From contig MGFA01000021.1 in assembly GCA_001791645.1 (NCBI GenBank), positions 1 through 61,450 of the forward strand: a stretch of DNA of 61,450 bases, in the 5' to 3' direction. The notes beneath the pieces are model-generated. The model did no database searches. It was not told the DNA's origin and worked only from the letters and a program-made list of their open reading frames with translations. Positions 50,851-60,018 of the stretch are shown here, piece by piece (the first letter of the stretch is position 1; the number at the start of each line of letters is the position of its first letter). The position numbers were made by a program, and so were the translations under genes. Origin of the DNA: Candidatus Uhrbacteria bacterium RIFOXYB12_FULL_58_10 (GTDB taxonomy: Bacteria > Patescibacteriota > Patescibacteriia > UBA9934 > GWF2-40-263).

Positions 50851-51774
50851 ATGAAATCCATCATTCTCAACACCGATGCCAAGATGCCCATTTTGGGATT
50901 AGGCACTTGGAATGCTCCGAAAGATAAAGTTGGCTTGGCTGTAAAACAAGCTTTATTAGACTTCGGGTATTCACATATCGATTGCGCCCATGTTTACGAG
51001 AACGAAAAAGAAGTCGGACAGGTTTTTCATGAAGTATTCAGTACAGGTCAGCGAACAAGAGAGGAAATCTTCGTGACGAGCAAGCTTTGGAATTACGATC
51101 ACGCGAAAGAGGATGTTGTGAATGCGTGCAAGCAGACGTTAGTCGATTTGCAACTCAATTATCTTGATTTGTATCTCATGCATTTTGGCGTCGCTTCGCC
51201 TCATGGCATGGGTATCGAGCCGCTCGATGCCAATGGCGTGCTGATAACGGCAAAAGTTTCCATTCGTGAAACATGGGAAGCGATGCAGAAGCTTGTGGGT
51301 ATGGGTCTCGTCAAAGCGATTGGTGTCTCAAACTTCACCGTACCAATGCTTGTTGATCTCCTGACGTACGCCGAGATCATCCCGGCGATGAATCAGATCG
51401 AGCTTCACCCATACAATCAACAGACCAAGTTAGTTGAATTCTGCAAACAACAGAATATCGCCGTGACCGCTTATTCTCCGCTCGGTTCTCAAGCAGAGAT
51501 GAATAATGGCAAGCTGGCTCTCCTTGAGGATGAAAAAATTAATGAAATTGCAGCCGCTCACGGAAAGACTCCGAGTCAAATATTACTTCGTTGGGGTATT
51601 CAACGAGAAACCGTTGTGATCCCAAAAAGCACGACCCTCGAGCATATCAAGGAAAATAATGAGGTGTTTGATTTTATTTTGTCGGATGACGAGCTTTTGA
51701 AGATTTCGTCTTTAGAGCGCGGTCTTCGCTATGTGGATCCGTATGAGTGGTGGAAGATTCCATATTTTGGATAG
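50851..51774 (+). CDS. Aldo/keto reductase
   Basis: GLGTW, IDCAHVY, TSKLW, YLDLYLMH, IGVSNF, NQIELHP, IPKS. Confidence 0.96.
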   Translation: MKSIILNTDAKMPILGLGTWNAPKDKVGLAVKQALLDFGYSHIDCAHVYENEKEVGQVFHEVFSTGQRTREEIFVTSKLWNYDHAKEDVVNACKQTLVDLQLNYLDLYLMHFGVASPHGMGIEPLDANGVLITAKVSIRETWEAMQKLVGMGLVKAIGVSNFTVPMLVDLLTYAEIIPAMNQIELHPYNQQTKLVEFCKQQNIAVTAYSPLGSQAEMNNGKLALLEDEKINEIAAAHGKTPSQILLRWGIQRETVVIPKSTTLEHIKENNEVFDFILSDDELLKISSLERGLRYVDPYEWWKIPYFG

Positions 51775-51785
51775 GAAATAAAGTT

Positions 51786-52373
51786 ATGAATCCTCTTATT
51801 ATTTTTGGAATCCTAGCGGGAGTTTTCAGCGCAATTTCATACCCTCCTTACATCATTGCCATTTTCAAGGGCAAGGCGAAGCCGGAGCGAGCTTCGTGGT
51901 TGATTTGGAGCGTGCTGACCGCCATGGGCTTTTTTACCCAGCTTGCCGTGGGTGCCACCAACTCACTTTGGCTACCGGGCATTCAAGGAATCGGTGTCAT
52001 AATTGTCTTTCTCTTATCCATTCGCTATGGATTCGGAGGTCTGCTAAAAAGAGACATAGCAACTCTTGTTGCGGCGGGACTAACCTTGCTGATCTGGTAT
52101 GTAACCGACAACGCCATCCTCGCTGTGTATTTAACCGTCTTAATTGACGGCATGGGCGCGTGGCTAACCATCATTAAGTCGTACGAGCACCCGGAAAGCG
52201 AGACGTTGATTACATGGGCACTTTCTGGAACGGGCGGGTTCTTTGGGCTTCTGGCGGTCGGCGCTTACAACATGCCAGTTCTCGCATATCCGTTCTATAT
52301 TTTCTTATGTAATTTTGCTGTAGTGGCGGCTATACTTCTTGGTAGGAAAAAACTTGCAAAACTCGTTGTATGA
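51786..52373 (+). CDS. Multi-pass membrane protein (PQ-loop-like)
   Basis: About 7 hydrophobic segments; PY...KP...SW and IKSY..P.SE motifs. Confidence 0.75.
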   Translation: MNPLIIFGILAGVFSAISYPPYIIAIFKGKAKPERASWLIWSVLTAMGFFTQLAVGATNSLWLPGIQGIGVIIVFLLSIRYGFGGLLKRDIATLVAAGLTLLIWYVTDNAILAVYLTVLIDGMGAWLTIIKSYEHPESETLITWALSGTGGFFGLLAVGAYNMPVLAYPFYIFLCNFAVVAAILLGRKKLAKLVV

Positions 52374-52951
52374 ATTCATCCGCATCTCGAATGGTAATTT
52401 TCTTCAATCGATTTCCACTTTTAGAAAAGACCCTTACTGCCCTGAACCAGGCAAATATTCCTTTCGCTATAGGTGGTAGCGGTTGCTTGTTTCTTTTTGG
52501 TAACGAACGCTTACCAGATGATGTTGATATCTATCTTCCAAACGATAGACACGACGAAGCAGATCGGCTTTTCAGCATTACATCCTTTCCATACCGCTCA
52601 GAACAGGAAGAGGTTCGAAATTCCAACGTTGACGGAGATCACTCGATTCAGCTCACGAGCAGTCTCATCCTGAAGATTGGCGGCAAGAATTACGATCTTG
52701 CGTTGACTAAGGATACAGAATCAATGCGGCTTGAGATGGAATACACAGGACAAAAAGTATTCTTGTATCCACCCGAGGACGTTCTGCTGATTAAAGCTTT
52801 GCTACAGCGTGGTCTGGATGTTGGTAAACACGACATTGAGGATATTCGGAATTTTATGAAAATCTATCCGAATCTTCGAATGGATTATCTTGAAAAACGC
52901 ATCTTGAGTCTTGATGCAAAAGATCGCGTTGGAAATATCTTTGGAGGGTAA
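52370..52951 (+). CDS. Putative nucleotidyltransferase (Pol-beta fold)
   Basis: IGGS...RLPDDVDI and C-terminal K...KHDIED. Confidence 0.65.
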   Translation: MNSSASRMVIFFNRFPLLEKTLTALNQANIPFAIGGSGCLFLFGNERLPDDVDIYLPNDRHDEADRLFSITSFPYRSEQEEVRNSNVDGDHSIQLTSSLILKIGGKNYDLALTKDTESMRLEMEYTGQKVFLYPPEDVLLIKALLQRGLDVGKHDIEDIRNFMKIYPNLRMDYLEKRILSLDAKDRVGNIFGG

Positions 52952-53047
52952 ATCAAGGCTCTCTACGCTGAGAATATGTATATTTTTTCTGATAGAATCT
53001 GGTTTCCTGTAAAGGATGGCCTAGTTTTTCTTTAGTATAAAATTATT

Positions 53048-54109
53048 ATGGAAGGACGAAATAGCCCAGACGCGAGTTCATCACTTGAAAATCGAGATAA
53101 ACGCAGCGAAGTGCTACGGAGGCTGATGAAATACGCAAAGAATGTCGAAGGATTCCAAGGAAAAACCGCTGGAGAAGTTTTTGACTCAAAAAATGAACAG
53201 TCGCGTAGAGAGCTCCTGAAAGATTTATCTGCTGAACAGTACTGTCAGCTAATAGCGGGTATCAACGGTGTTTTGCGAGGAAGAGATCAGAAAGATTGGG
53301 ACATGGACGGCGTGGGAGTGACAGCCGCCGGACACGAAGTAGTTGGAAAACATATTTTTCCTCGTCACGAGGATAAAATAGAAATCATGACGAAAGTATG
53401 GGAAGCGGCACAAGCAATGAATGTCGAAGGACGTGATCTGGAAGACATCGGCATGCTCCTTGGCTCTATGCTTGTGGAGGTGCATCCATTTGCCGATGGC
53501 AATGGTCGTACGAGCCGTCTTGTTTATACCTTGGTAAAAGATGGTTACTCAGAAGAAAAGTTGAGGGCTGTTTTAGGAGAAGAGGGTCGAGAAGAAGTCG
53601 ATATGGCGCTTACGAAGGTGGACGTCAACGAGCTTTTTGAGAAAAAACATGGAAGAGGAAACGTCGTGGTAAATCCGGAGAGCATCCATGGGATTCTGCC
53701 TGACGACGGAGCTCCCCCATATAGCGGTCTAACTTTCCCCGAAGGTACCGATCAGGAGGTACATGAAAGCATCATAGAGGCGGGAAGAAACGATGAGCGT
53801 ATCTTTACGGCTGCCATTTTGGAGTTTCTTCGCACACGTGAATGGTTGAGTGCGCAGGAACTCGTAAAGTCGTACGGGCAAAGAAAAGTCCTTTTGGTTC
53901 AAAAGCTTCTCTCTGTACTTACCGCGGAGGAGACCAATGAACTCGAAAAAACCTATTGGAATCTCAAAAAGACCTATACGGAAGAGATGATCGACATCTT
54001 CGTTCACCCCGACAAGCCGGAACACAAAGTCAGGGGTGACGATTCTGAAAGACGCTTGCTTGATGTCTTCAAGCAGAGGATCGCCGAGCGAACTATGCTT
54101 ATCGAGTAG
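53048..54109 (+). CDS. Fic-domain protein
   Basis: Canonical HPFADGNGRTSR. Confidence 0.88.
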   Translation: MEGRNSPDASSSLENRDKRSEVLRRLMKYAKNVEGFQGKTAGEVFDSKNEQSRRELLKDLSAEQYCQLIAGINGVLRGRDQKDWDMDGVGVTAAGHEVVGKHIFPRHEDKIEIMTKVWEAAQAMNVEGRDLEDIGMLLGSMLVEVHPFADGNGRTSRLVYTLVKDGYSEEKLRAVLGEEGREEVDMALTKVDVNELFEKKHGRGNVVVNPESIHGILPDDGAPPYSGLTFPEGTDQEVHESIIEAGRNDERIFTAAILEFLRTREWLSAQELVKSYGQRKVLLVQKLLSVLTAEETNELEKTYWNLKKTYTEEMIDIFVHPDKPEHKVRGDDSERRLLDVFKQRIAERTMLIE

Positions 54110-54278
54110 GTTTAGGCCTTAGTAGCTAATTGAAAACTGAAACTTTGGAACTTCTCCATGCTCATTTTGACCATCGGATAGATACTCAATAGTTCGGTAA
54201 GTACGTAAGAACTGGAGCCAAGTGGGGCCGACCAGAGCAATTTGGTCGGTTTTACTTTTGCTTATCAATTTCAAATGA

Positions 54279-54330
54279 AACTTTATAGAGTTGTGTATAT
54301 TTTGACTAACTTTATAAAGTTTGATAAAAT
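54279..54330 (+). promoter_or_regulatory. Promoter with two 14-bp palindromic operators
   Basis: AACTTTATAGAGTT (54279) and perfect AACTTTATAAAGTT (54308) within TTGACT-N17-TAAAAT. Confidence 0.72.
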
Positions 54331-54350
54331 CGTCGGGTAACTGAATTCAT

Positions 54351-55289
54351 ATGACGACCCGTCAAAAACTTGAGGTCATAAAAATTTCGTTGGGGGTAAC
54401 CCAAACCAAACTCGCCGAAAGATTCGGTGTGTCTTTTGCGGCATTCAACAGTTGGTGGACCGGCAAATCCGTTCCGCGCCAAAAGATGCTCGCCGCCATT
54501 GAAGATTTATTTTTGGAAGTGACTGGCGAGAAGTTAATTTCTGATGAACAGCTCCTCGCAAAAAAGAAGGAACTGCGCCAAAAGTCGGCCGCACACAAGA
54601 GCATCATCGGAGAAATTTTGGACCATCCGGACATTCGTGACCAATTCATCCTCAAGCTCACCTACCACACGAACCGAATCGAAGGGAGCACACTAACCGA
54701 ACCAGATACGGCTGCGATTTTGTTTGATAATGCTGCATTGCCTGACAAAACCTTGACCGAGCATCTTGAGGCGAAAAATCATCAGACAGCCCTAAATTAC
54801 TTGTTTGAGCACGTTCAAAAAAAAAAGAAGCTTGATGAGGACTTTGTTCTAAAAATCCACGGGATTCTCATGAACGGCGTACGACCGGACGCAGGTTTGT
54901 ACCGTCTTCATGCTGTTCGTATTGTTGGCGCTAATGTACCGACGGCCAATTATCTTCGCATCCCTGATTTGATTCCGGATGTCATGAAAGAAGTCGCGAA
55001 GTCTCAAAAAACGAGTGACATCGTCGGGGTTATAGCCACTGTTCATGCGCGATTCGAACAAATCCACCCATTTTCCGATGGTAATGGCCGAGTCGGGCGT
55101 TTACTCATGAACGCGATGCTTCTTACGGCCAATTTCGCTCCGGCCGTCATTCGTCAGGAACAAAAGCGATTGTATTATACCTATCTCCAGAAAGCTCAAA
55201 CGATAGGCGATTGCAGCCAGCTGGAGGATTATCTCTGTGATGCCGTAAAAGATGGATTTGAAATTTTAGAACGTGTGGATAGGAAATAA
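54351..55289 (+). CDS. XRE-HTH plus Fic protein (class II-like)
   Basis: TQTKLAERFGVS HTH, TNRIEG inhibitory motif, HPFSDGNGRVGR. Confidence 0.9.
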   Translation: MTTRQKLEVIKISLGVTQTKLAERFGVSFAAFNSWWTGKSVPRQKMLAAIEDLFLEVTGEKLISDEQLLAKKKELRQKSAAHKSIIGEILDHPDIRDQFILKLTYHTNRIEGSTLTEPDTAAILFDNAALPDKTLTEHLEAKNHQTALNYLFEHVQKKKKLDEDFVLKIHGILMNGVRPDAGLYRLHAVRIVGANVPTANYLRIPDLIPDVMKEVAKSQKTSDIVGVIATVHARFEQIHPFSDGNGRVGRLLMNAMLLTANFAPAVIRQEQKRLYYTYLQKAQTIGDCSQLEDYLCDAVKDGFEILERVDRK

Positions 55290-55386
55290 CAATAAGATGG
55301 TGAAATATGAAACTCTCACCCTAAAATAACCCCTCAACTATTGCTGAATTCTAGGTCGAGACAAGTTCGTCGAACCATGTTTAAAG

Positions 55387-55514
55387 CTTGAGCAAATAAC
55401 GACCCTTGGTAGTCCACCCAGAAAGCCGAAGCACCCGGGACGCAAAATCATCGAATTTTCCTCAAACGTCCGAAACTGCAAATTTGCCTTATTTTTTCGG
55501 TTCGATCCCCATCC
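55387..55514 (+). repeat. Repeat R3, a diverged copy of the distal part of R2
   Basis: CTTGAGCAAAT...CGACCCTTGGTAG...CCGAAACTGCAAATT...TTTTTTCGGTTCGATCCCC. Confidence 0.88.
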
Positions 55515-55540
55515 TAGGCAAAATGTAGGCGAAGAACAAG

Positions 55541-56005
55541 TTATTCCGCTGTCGGAGTTGTGGGAGGAGTGCCAAGCGAAGATCCTTCTGGAAGAATCTG
55601 AATCGTACTCGCCGTCACGCTTCCATCATCGTTACTAGTTCCCGTGACCGTGATCGTCGTCCCCGTTGTAAGATCCGCTGAGGAGCCTTCCGTCATTTCG
55701 TTGATCTTGGATACATCCGAGAAGAAGACCAGCTTGGAGCCACCGTCAGGAAGCTTGATCGTCATGCTTTCAGCATCCACTGAGAGGATCTCACCACTTA
55801 CGAACCCGCCACCGGCTTGGCTTCGTGCAAAGCCGCCCATTCCGCCGGACATCCCGGATCGCTGGCTTGGATCGAAATCACCGAAACGCGATGCAAGGTC
55901 ACTCATGTCTGGGGTCTGCGATTTGGCATATTGCATGCCACCAAAGAACGCGCCTCCACCCACGATAACGGCCGTAGCGATGACACTGAGAAGAATCTTT
56001 TTCAT
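55541..56005 (-). CDS. Membrane-anchored small protein (DUF5666-like OB fold) of the exporter operon
   Basis: TM ending FFGGMQY, GEILS...KLPDGGSK, DGSVTA. Confidence 0.72.
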   Translation of the reverse strand: MKKILLSVIATAVIVGGGAFFGGMQYAKSQTPDMSDLASRFGDFDPSQRSGMSGGMGGFARSQAGGGFVSGEILSVDAESMTIKLPDGGSKLVFFSDVSKINEMTEGSSADLTTGTTITVTGTSNDDGSVTASTIQILPEGSSLGTPPTTPTAE

Positions 56006-56023
56006 AGAAACATTGATAAATAA

Positions 56024-57241
56024 TTATTCATAACGTAAGGCCACGATCGGGTTCAGCCCGGCGGCGCGTCGTGCCGGGTAGTATCCGAAGATGATACCGA
56101 TGGCGGCCGAGACACCGAACGCAAGGAGAACCGACGACCATGAGACGCTCGTGCTGACAATCCCCAGCGCCGAAACGACGTAGGAAATGCCAAGACCAAG
56201 CGCAATACCGATGATTCCTCCCGCGAGCGTCAACATGACGGATTCAACGAGAAACTGCTGTTCAATCTCTTTGCGCTTGGCGCCGATCGCCTTGCGCAAG
56301 CCGATTTCTTTCGTGCGTTCCGTGACGCTCGTGAGCATCATGTTCATGATGCCGATGCCTCCCACAACAAGAGAGATCCCAGCAACGGCCGCAAGAAGGG
56401 TCGTAAACGTTTCCGTGACGCTTGAGGCAGTCGCGATGATGTCGGCTTGGTTCAAGATGCTAAAGTCTGCCGACGCCGCATCAAGGTGATGTCGGCTAAG
56501 CAAAAGATTCGTGATTTCCGTTTCCAATTCATCAACCGTTTTTTCGCTCGTTGCCTGTACGGAGATGCTCGTCACGTACTCGTCGCCAGAGAAATATCGC
56601 TGTGCCGTTGAAAGCGGGATGAAGATCATGTCATCTTGGCTTGAGAACGAGCTGCCACCTTTCGCGACGGTCACTCCAACGACGGTAAACTGGCTCCCGT
56701 TGATACGAATCGTTTGTCCAACGGGGCTAACACCTTCTCCGAAGAGATCTGTACTAACCGTAGGACCAAGCACCGCCACCTTGGCAACACTTGCTTGCTG
56801 TTGATCGGTAATAAAACTCCCTTCGGCCACCTGCACGTTTCGTACTCCCGTGTAACTGGATGTCGTACCGACAATGGACGTATTCGTATTGGTTCCTTTG
56901 GCCGCCACCTGATAGCGGGAGCTGACTTCCGGCGCGACGGCTTGAGCTACCGAGATTTCATCCGCGATTGCCTGCGCATCTTCCGCGGTCAACGACTTCG
57001 CCGAACCGCGCTGCGTGGCAACGCCTCCGAATGAGCGTTGTGATCCCGGCTGAACTTGGATGAGGTTTGCTCCGATTGATTGAATGCTCGCCTGGATGGA
57101 CGCCTGCGATCCTTGCCCGATGGACACCATGGCGATCACCGAGCTAATGCCAATGATGATGCCGAGGGTCGTTAAACCCGAGCGCACCTTGTTACTGGAA
57201 AGCGCGAGAAATGTTTCTTCGAGCAAGTCAGAAATAATCAT
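56024..57241 (-). CDS. MacB/FtsX-family ABC permease
   Basis: RSGLTTLGIIIG, GGIGIMNMML.SVTERTKEIGLRKAIGA, YPARRAA. Confidence 0.95.
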   Translation of the reverse strand: MIISDLLEETFLALSSNKVRSGLTTLGIIIGISSVIAMVSIGQGSQASIQASIQSIGANLIQVQPGSQRSFGGVATQRGSAKSLTAEDAQAIADEISVAQAVAPEVSSRYQVAAKGTNTNTSIVGTTSSYTGVRNVQVAEGSFITDQQQASVAKVAVLGPTVSTDLFGEGVSPVGQTIRINGSQFTVVGVTVAKGGSSFSSQDDMIFIPLSTAQRYFSGDEYVTSISVQATSEKTVDELETEITNLLLSRHHLDAASADFSILNQADIIATASSVTETFTTLLAAVAGISLVVGGIGIMNMMLTSVTERTKEIGLRKAIGAKRKEIEQQFLVESVMLTLAGGIIGIALGLGISYVVSALGIVSTSVSWSSVLLAFGVSAAIGIIFGYYPARRAAGLNPIVALRYE

Positions 57242-57918
57242 ACGAGTTTGTCGCTTTCAATCTTTCCGTCCCGAATGAAGATGATCCTGTCGGCGTGCTG
57301 CGCCACATCTGGCTCGTGCGTGATGAGGATGATGGTGCGCTTCTCTTCGCGGTTAAGTTTGCGGAACGTTTCAAGGACGATTTGTCCGGTTTGGGTATCA
57401 AGGTTTCCCGTCGGTTCGTCGGCGAGAATAAGCGACGGCTGGTTGACGAGCGCACGAGCGATTGCTACGCGCTGAATCTGGCCACCTGAGAGCTGGTTGG
57501 AGAGATGATGGAAGTATTGCTCGTCGAGTCCTGCTGATTTCAAGGCTGCCTTGGCGACCTTTTCACGCTCTTCTTTAGGAATTTGTTTGTAAACGAGAGG
57601 GAGCGTCACATTGCGCAGAGCGCTTGCGCGTGGCAAGAGGTTGAACGCCTGAAAGACGAACCCGATATGCTCGCGGCGAATGTCCGCCAGCTCATCTTCG
57701 GACAACGTGGACACGTCTTTGCAGTCGAGAACGTAGGTTCCGCTCGTCGGCGTATCCAGTGCGCCCAAAATATGCATGAGCGTACTTTTGCCTGAGCCAG
57801 ACGGTCCCATGATTGCCACAAACTCCCCGTCGCGGATAGTGAAGCTCACCCCTTTGAGAGCATCAAAGGATCCTGCGCCAGTTACGTACGTTTTAGTGAC
57901 GTTCCTTACTTCAATCAT
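57238..57918 (-). CDS. ABC transporter ATP-binding protein (LolD/MacB type)
   Basis: GPSGSGKST, LSGGQ, LADEPTGNLD, ITH. Confidence 0.96.
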   Translation of the reverse strand: MIEVRNVTKTYVTGAGSFDALKGVSFTIRDGEFVAIMGPSGSGKSTLMHILGALDTPTSGTYVLDCKDVSTLSEDELADIRREHIGFVFQAFNLLPRASALRNVTLPLVYKQIPKEEREKVAKAALKSAGLDEQYFHHLSNQLSGGQIQRVAIARALVNQPSLILADEPTGNLDTQTGQIVLETFRKLNREEKRTIILITHEPDVAQHADRIIFIRDGKIESDKLV

Positions 57919-57922
57919 ACAT

Positions 57923-59902
57923 TTAGCGAGGGAACGAGCCACTGAATCCACCCGAGGGGCCGCCACCACTATTCAACAAACTTGGGGCAGATGAAGCGGA
58001 GGTTGAGGTCGCGGTATCCGTTACGGTTCTCGTGACGACATACTCGCCAGCGTTCAAGCCGGAGACGATTTCACTTTGTGTATCGTTGGAAAGACCAACT
58101 TCAACCGTTACCTGTCGTGGCAGAGTGTCTGATGTGACACCCCGCGTTCCGCCGGTTTCCGTTGCACCATCAAGAACTTCGACGTAAGAGGAATCACCGT
58201 ATGACTTCACTGCGCTACTCGAAACCACGACGACGTTTTGTCGAATGTCGGTGATGATAGAGATATTTGCGCTCATGCCGGAGAGTACTCGTTCGTCTTC
58301 GGTATCAAGGGCAATGAGTACGTTGTAGCTTACGACGCCTTGGGATACGGTGCCGATAGTATCGATTTGGATGACCTTTCCGGTCGTGGTCAGATCCTCG
58401 ATCGCATCGAACGTGAGCGTCGCGCGGTCGTCGATCGCGACTTTCGCCACATCAACTTCGTTCAGGGTCATCTGTGCCGTGAACTGGTCGGCCACAACGA
58501 TTGCGAGCGCGCTGCCCGAAGATTCCGTTTCACCAACGTGCAAACTGACGCTCGCCAACGTTCCGCTAATCGGAGCGCGAACCGTATATTCCGCCAAGTC
58601 CTCGAGCGCATCGTTATATTTGTTCTGTGCACTTTCAAGACTCAATTCTTGGGAGCGAACATCAAGACTGTCGGTATCGACCGAGAGATCCGCAAGCTGC
58701 TGTTCTCGTTCGGCGACCGTTTCCTTGGCTTCGGCAATCTCGTCTTCATCCGCGCCATCGGCAACGTCCTCGTAGTTTTCTTGTGCGGTCACGAGACTGA
58801 TCTCTGCTTCTTCAACGGTATCTTCGGCATCGGCAATTGAGTTTGGCGCGCTCAAGTCCGTTTCCTCGATGGTATTCGCTGAAGATTGTAGCGAGCTGAT
58901 AATGCCGTTCGTGGTAACGACATCCGCAGGAATAGTCGTCATCATTTCATCGATGTGGTCGGCGATAGCAGAATTCTCGTAGCCATTATCTTCGATGCGA
59001 TTCAAAAGAATCTGAGCACTGTTGAGCGCATTGGAAATATCTTCGGCGACCTGAAGCGTAAGCGTAATAACCTCCGCTTTGTCGTCCGTACTGCTGTCTC
59101 GGCATGAGTTTTGAAACGCAGACCACGCATCATCGTAAGAATCCTGCGCCGTGTCGTAATCGCTCAGCACATCGTCGGAATATGAAGAACTGGCCATCAA
59201 GTTGTAATACCCAATGTACTCCTCTTCGCTCTGTTCCGTGCCAATAAAGTCCGACAGATCTGTCATGAGACTTGTAATGTCCGCGAACGCTTCAGCCACG
59301 GCGTTGTAACCGTTCTCGGAAGCTGATTCGAGATCCTGTTCCGCCGAGGTCTGTACTTTGGTTAAGTTGCGTTCGGCTTGTTCCAAAGAACGCTGCGCGT
59401 TATCGATGTCATCCTGCGCATCGTCTAGTTCATCGTCGGTAGGGCTGTTTTCTAAATCGCTCAGCGTTCTCTGTGCTTGTGCAAGAGCATTTTCCGCCTG
59501 AAGGAGTGAGAGCGTGTCAGGATCTGCCATCAGCTTCTCGTAAGCGATCTGTGCGCTCTCAAGGCTGATTCTCGCGTCGCGTACGCTCTTTTGGGCATCC
59601 TTGGCATCAAGAACAGCAATGATGTCACCTTCCTCAAGCTGCTGCCCGTTTTTTGCGACGAGCTGTACGACTTTGCCAGACACTTCCGGCTTCACCTCGA
59701 TTTCCGCTTCGCCTTGAACCTGTCCGGTACCAGAAACATTCGTCGTAAGCGTTCCTTTCTCTGCGACTTCAAGAACATACCGCGCCTGTGCGGTATCGGT
59801 GCTGAATGCTCGAACGATGAGGATTCCTCCCCCTAACAATAAAATGCCTGCCAGTATTGCGGTTTTCTTTCGCTGACGGAGAAATTGATAAATACGTTGC
59901 AT
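57923..59902 (-). CDS. Efflux periplasmic-adaptor (MacA/HlyD-like) subunit with a very long acidic helical region
   Basis: N-terminal TM, lipoyl half motifs (SGKV...GD; VRAPISG), NEVD, VEVGLSND. Confidence 0.88.
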   Translation of the reverse strand: MQRIYQFLRQRKKTAILAGILLLGGGILIVRAFSTDTAQARYVLEVAEKGTLTTNVSGTGQVQGEAEIEVKPEVSGKVVQLVAKNGQQLEEGDIIAVLDAKDAQKSVRDARISLESAQIAYEKLMADPDTLSLLQAENALAQAQRTLSDLENSPTDDELDDAQDDIDNAQRSLEQAERNLTKVQTSAEQDLESASENGYNAVAEAFADITSLMTDLSDFIGTEQSEEEYIGYYNLMASSSYSDDVLSDYDTAQDSYDDAWSAFQNSCRDSSTDDKAEVITLTLQVAEDISNALNSAQILLNRIEDNGYENSAIADHIDEMMTTIPADVVTTNGIISSLQSSANTIEETDLSAPNSIADAEDTVEEAEISLVTAQENYEDVADGADEDEIAEAKETVAEREQQLADLSVDTDSLDVRSQELSLESAQNKYNDALEDLAEYTVRAPISGTLASVSLHVGETESSGSALAIVVADQFTAQMTLNEVDVAKVAIDDRATLTFDAIEDLTTTGKVIQIDTIGTVSQGVVSYNVLIALDTEDERVLSGMSANISIITDIRQNVVVVSSSAVKSYGDSSYVEVLDGATETGGTRGVTSDTLPRQVTVEVGLSNDTQSEIVSGLNAGEYVVTRTVTDTATSTSASSAPSLLNSGGGPSGGFSGSFPR

Positions 59903-59968
59903 ATGATTTCTTCAGGAGTGGCAACACTATAAAAAAACGCCAGTGAAGAAAGTGTAAAGAAGCGGCTA

Positions 59969-59998
59969 CCAAAAAACGCCCGCATGGGCGTTTTTTGG
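59969..59998 (-). terminator. Intrinsic terminator after the histidine kinase
   Basis: CCAAAAAACGCCC-GCAT-GGGCGTTTTTTGG. Confidence 0.75.
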
Positions 59999-60018
59999 AA
60001 GAACACTCCCCGATGTAA

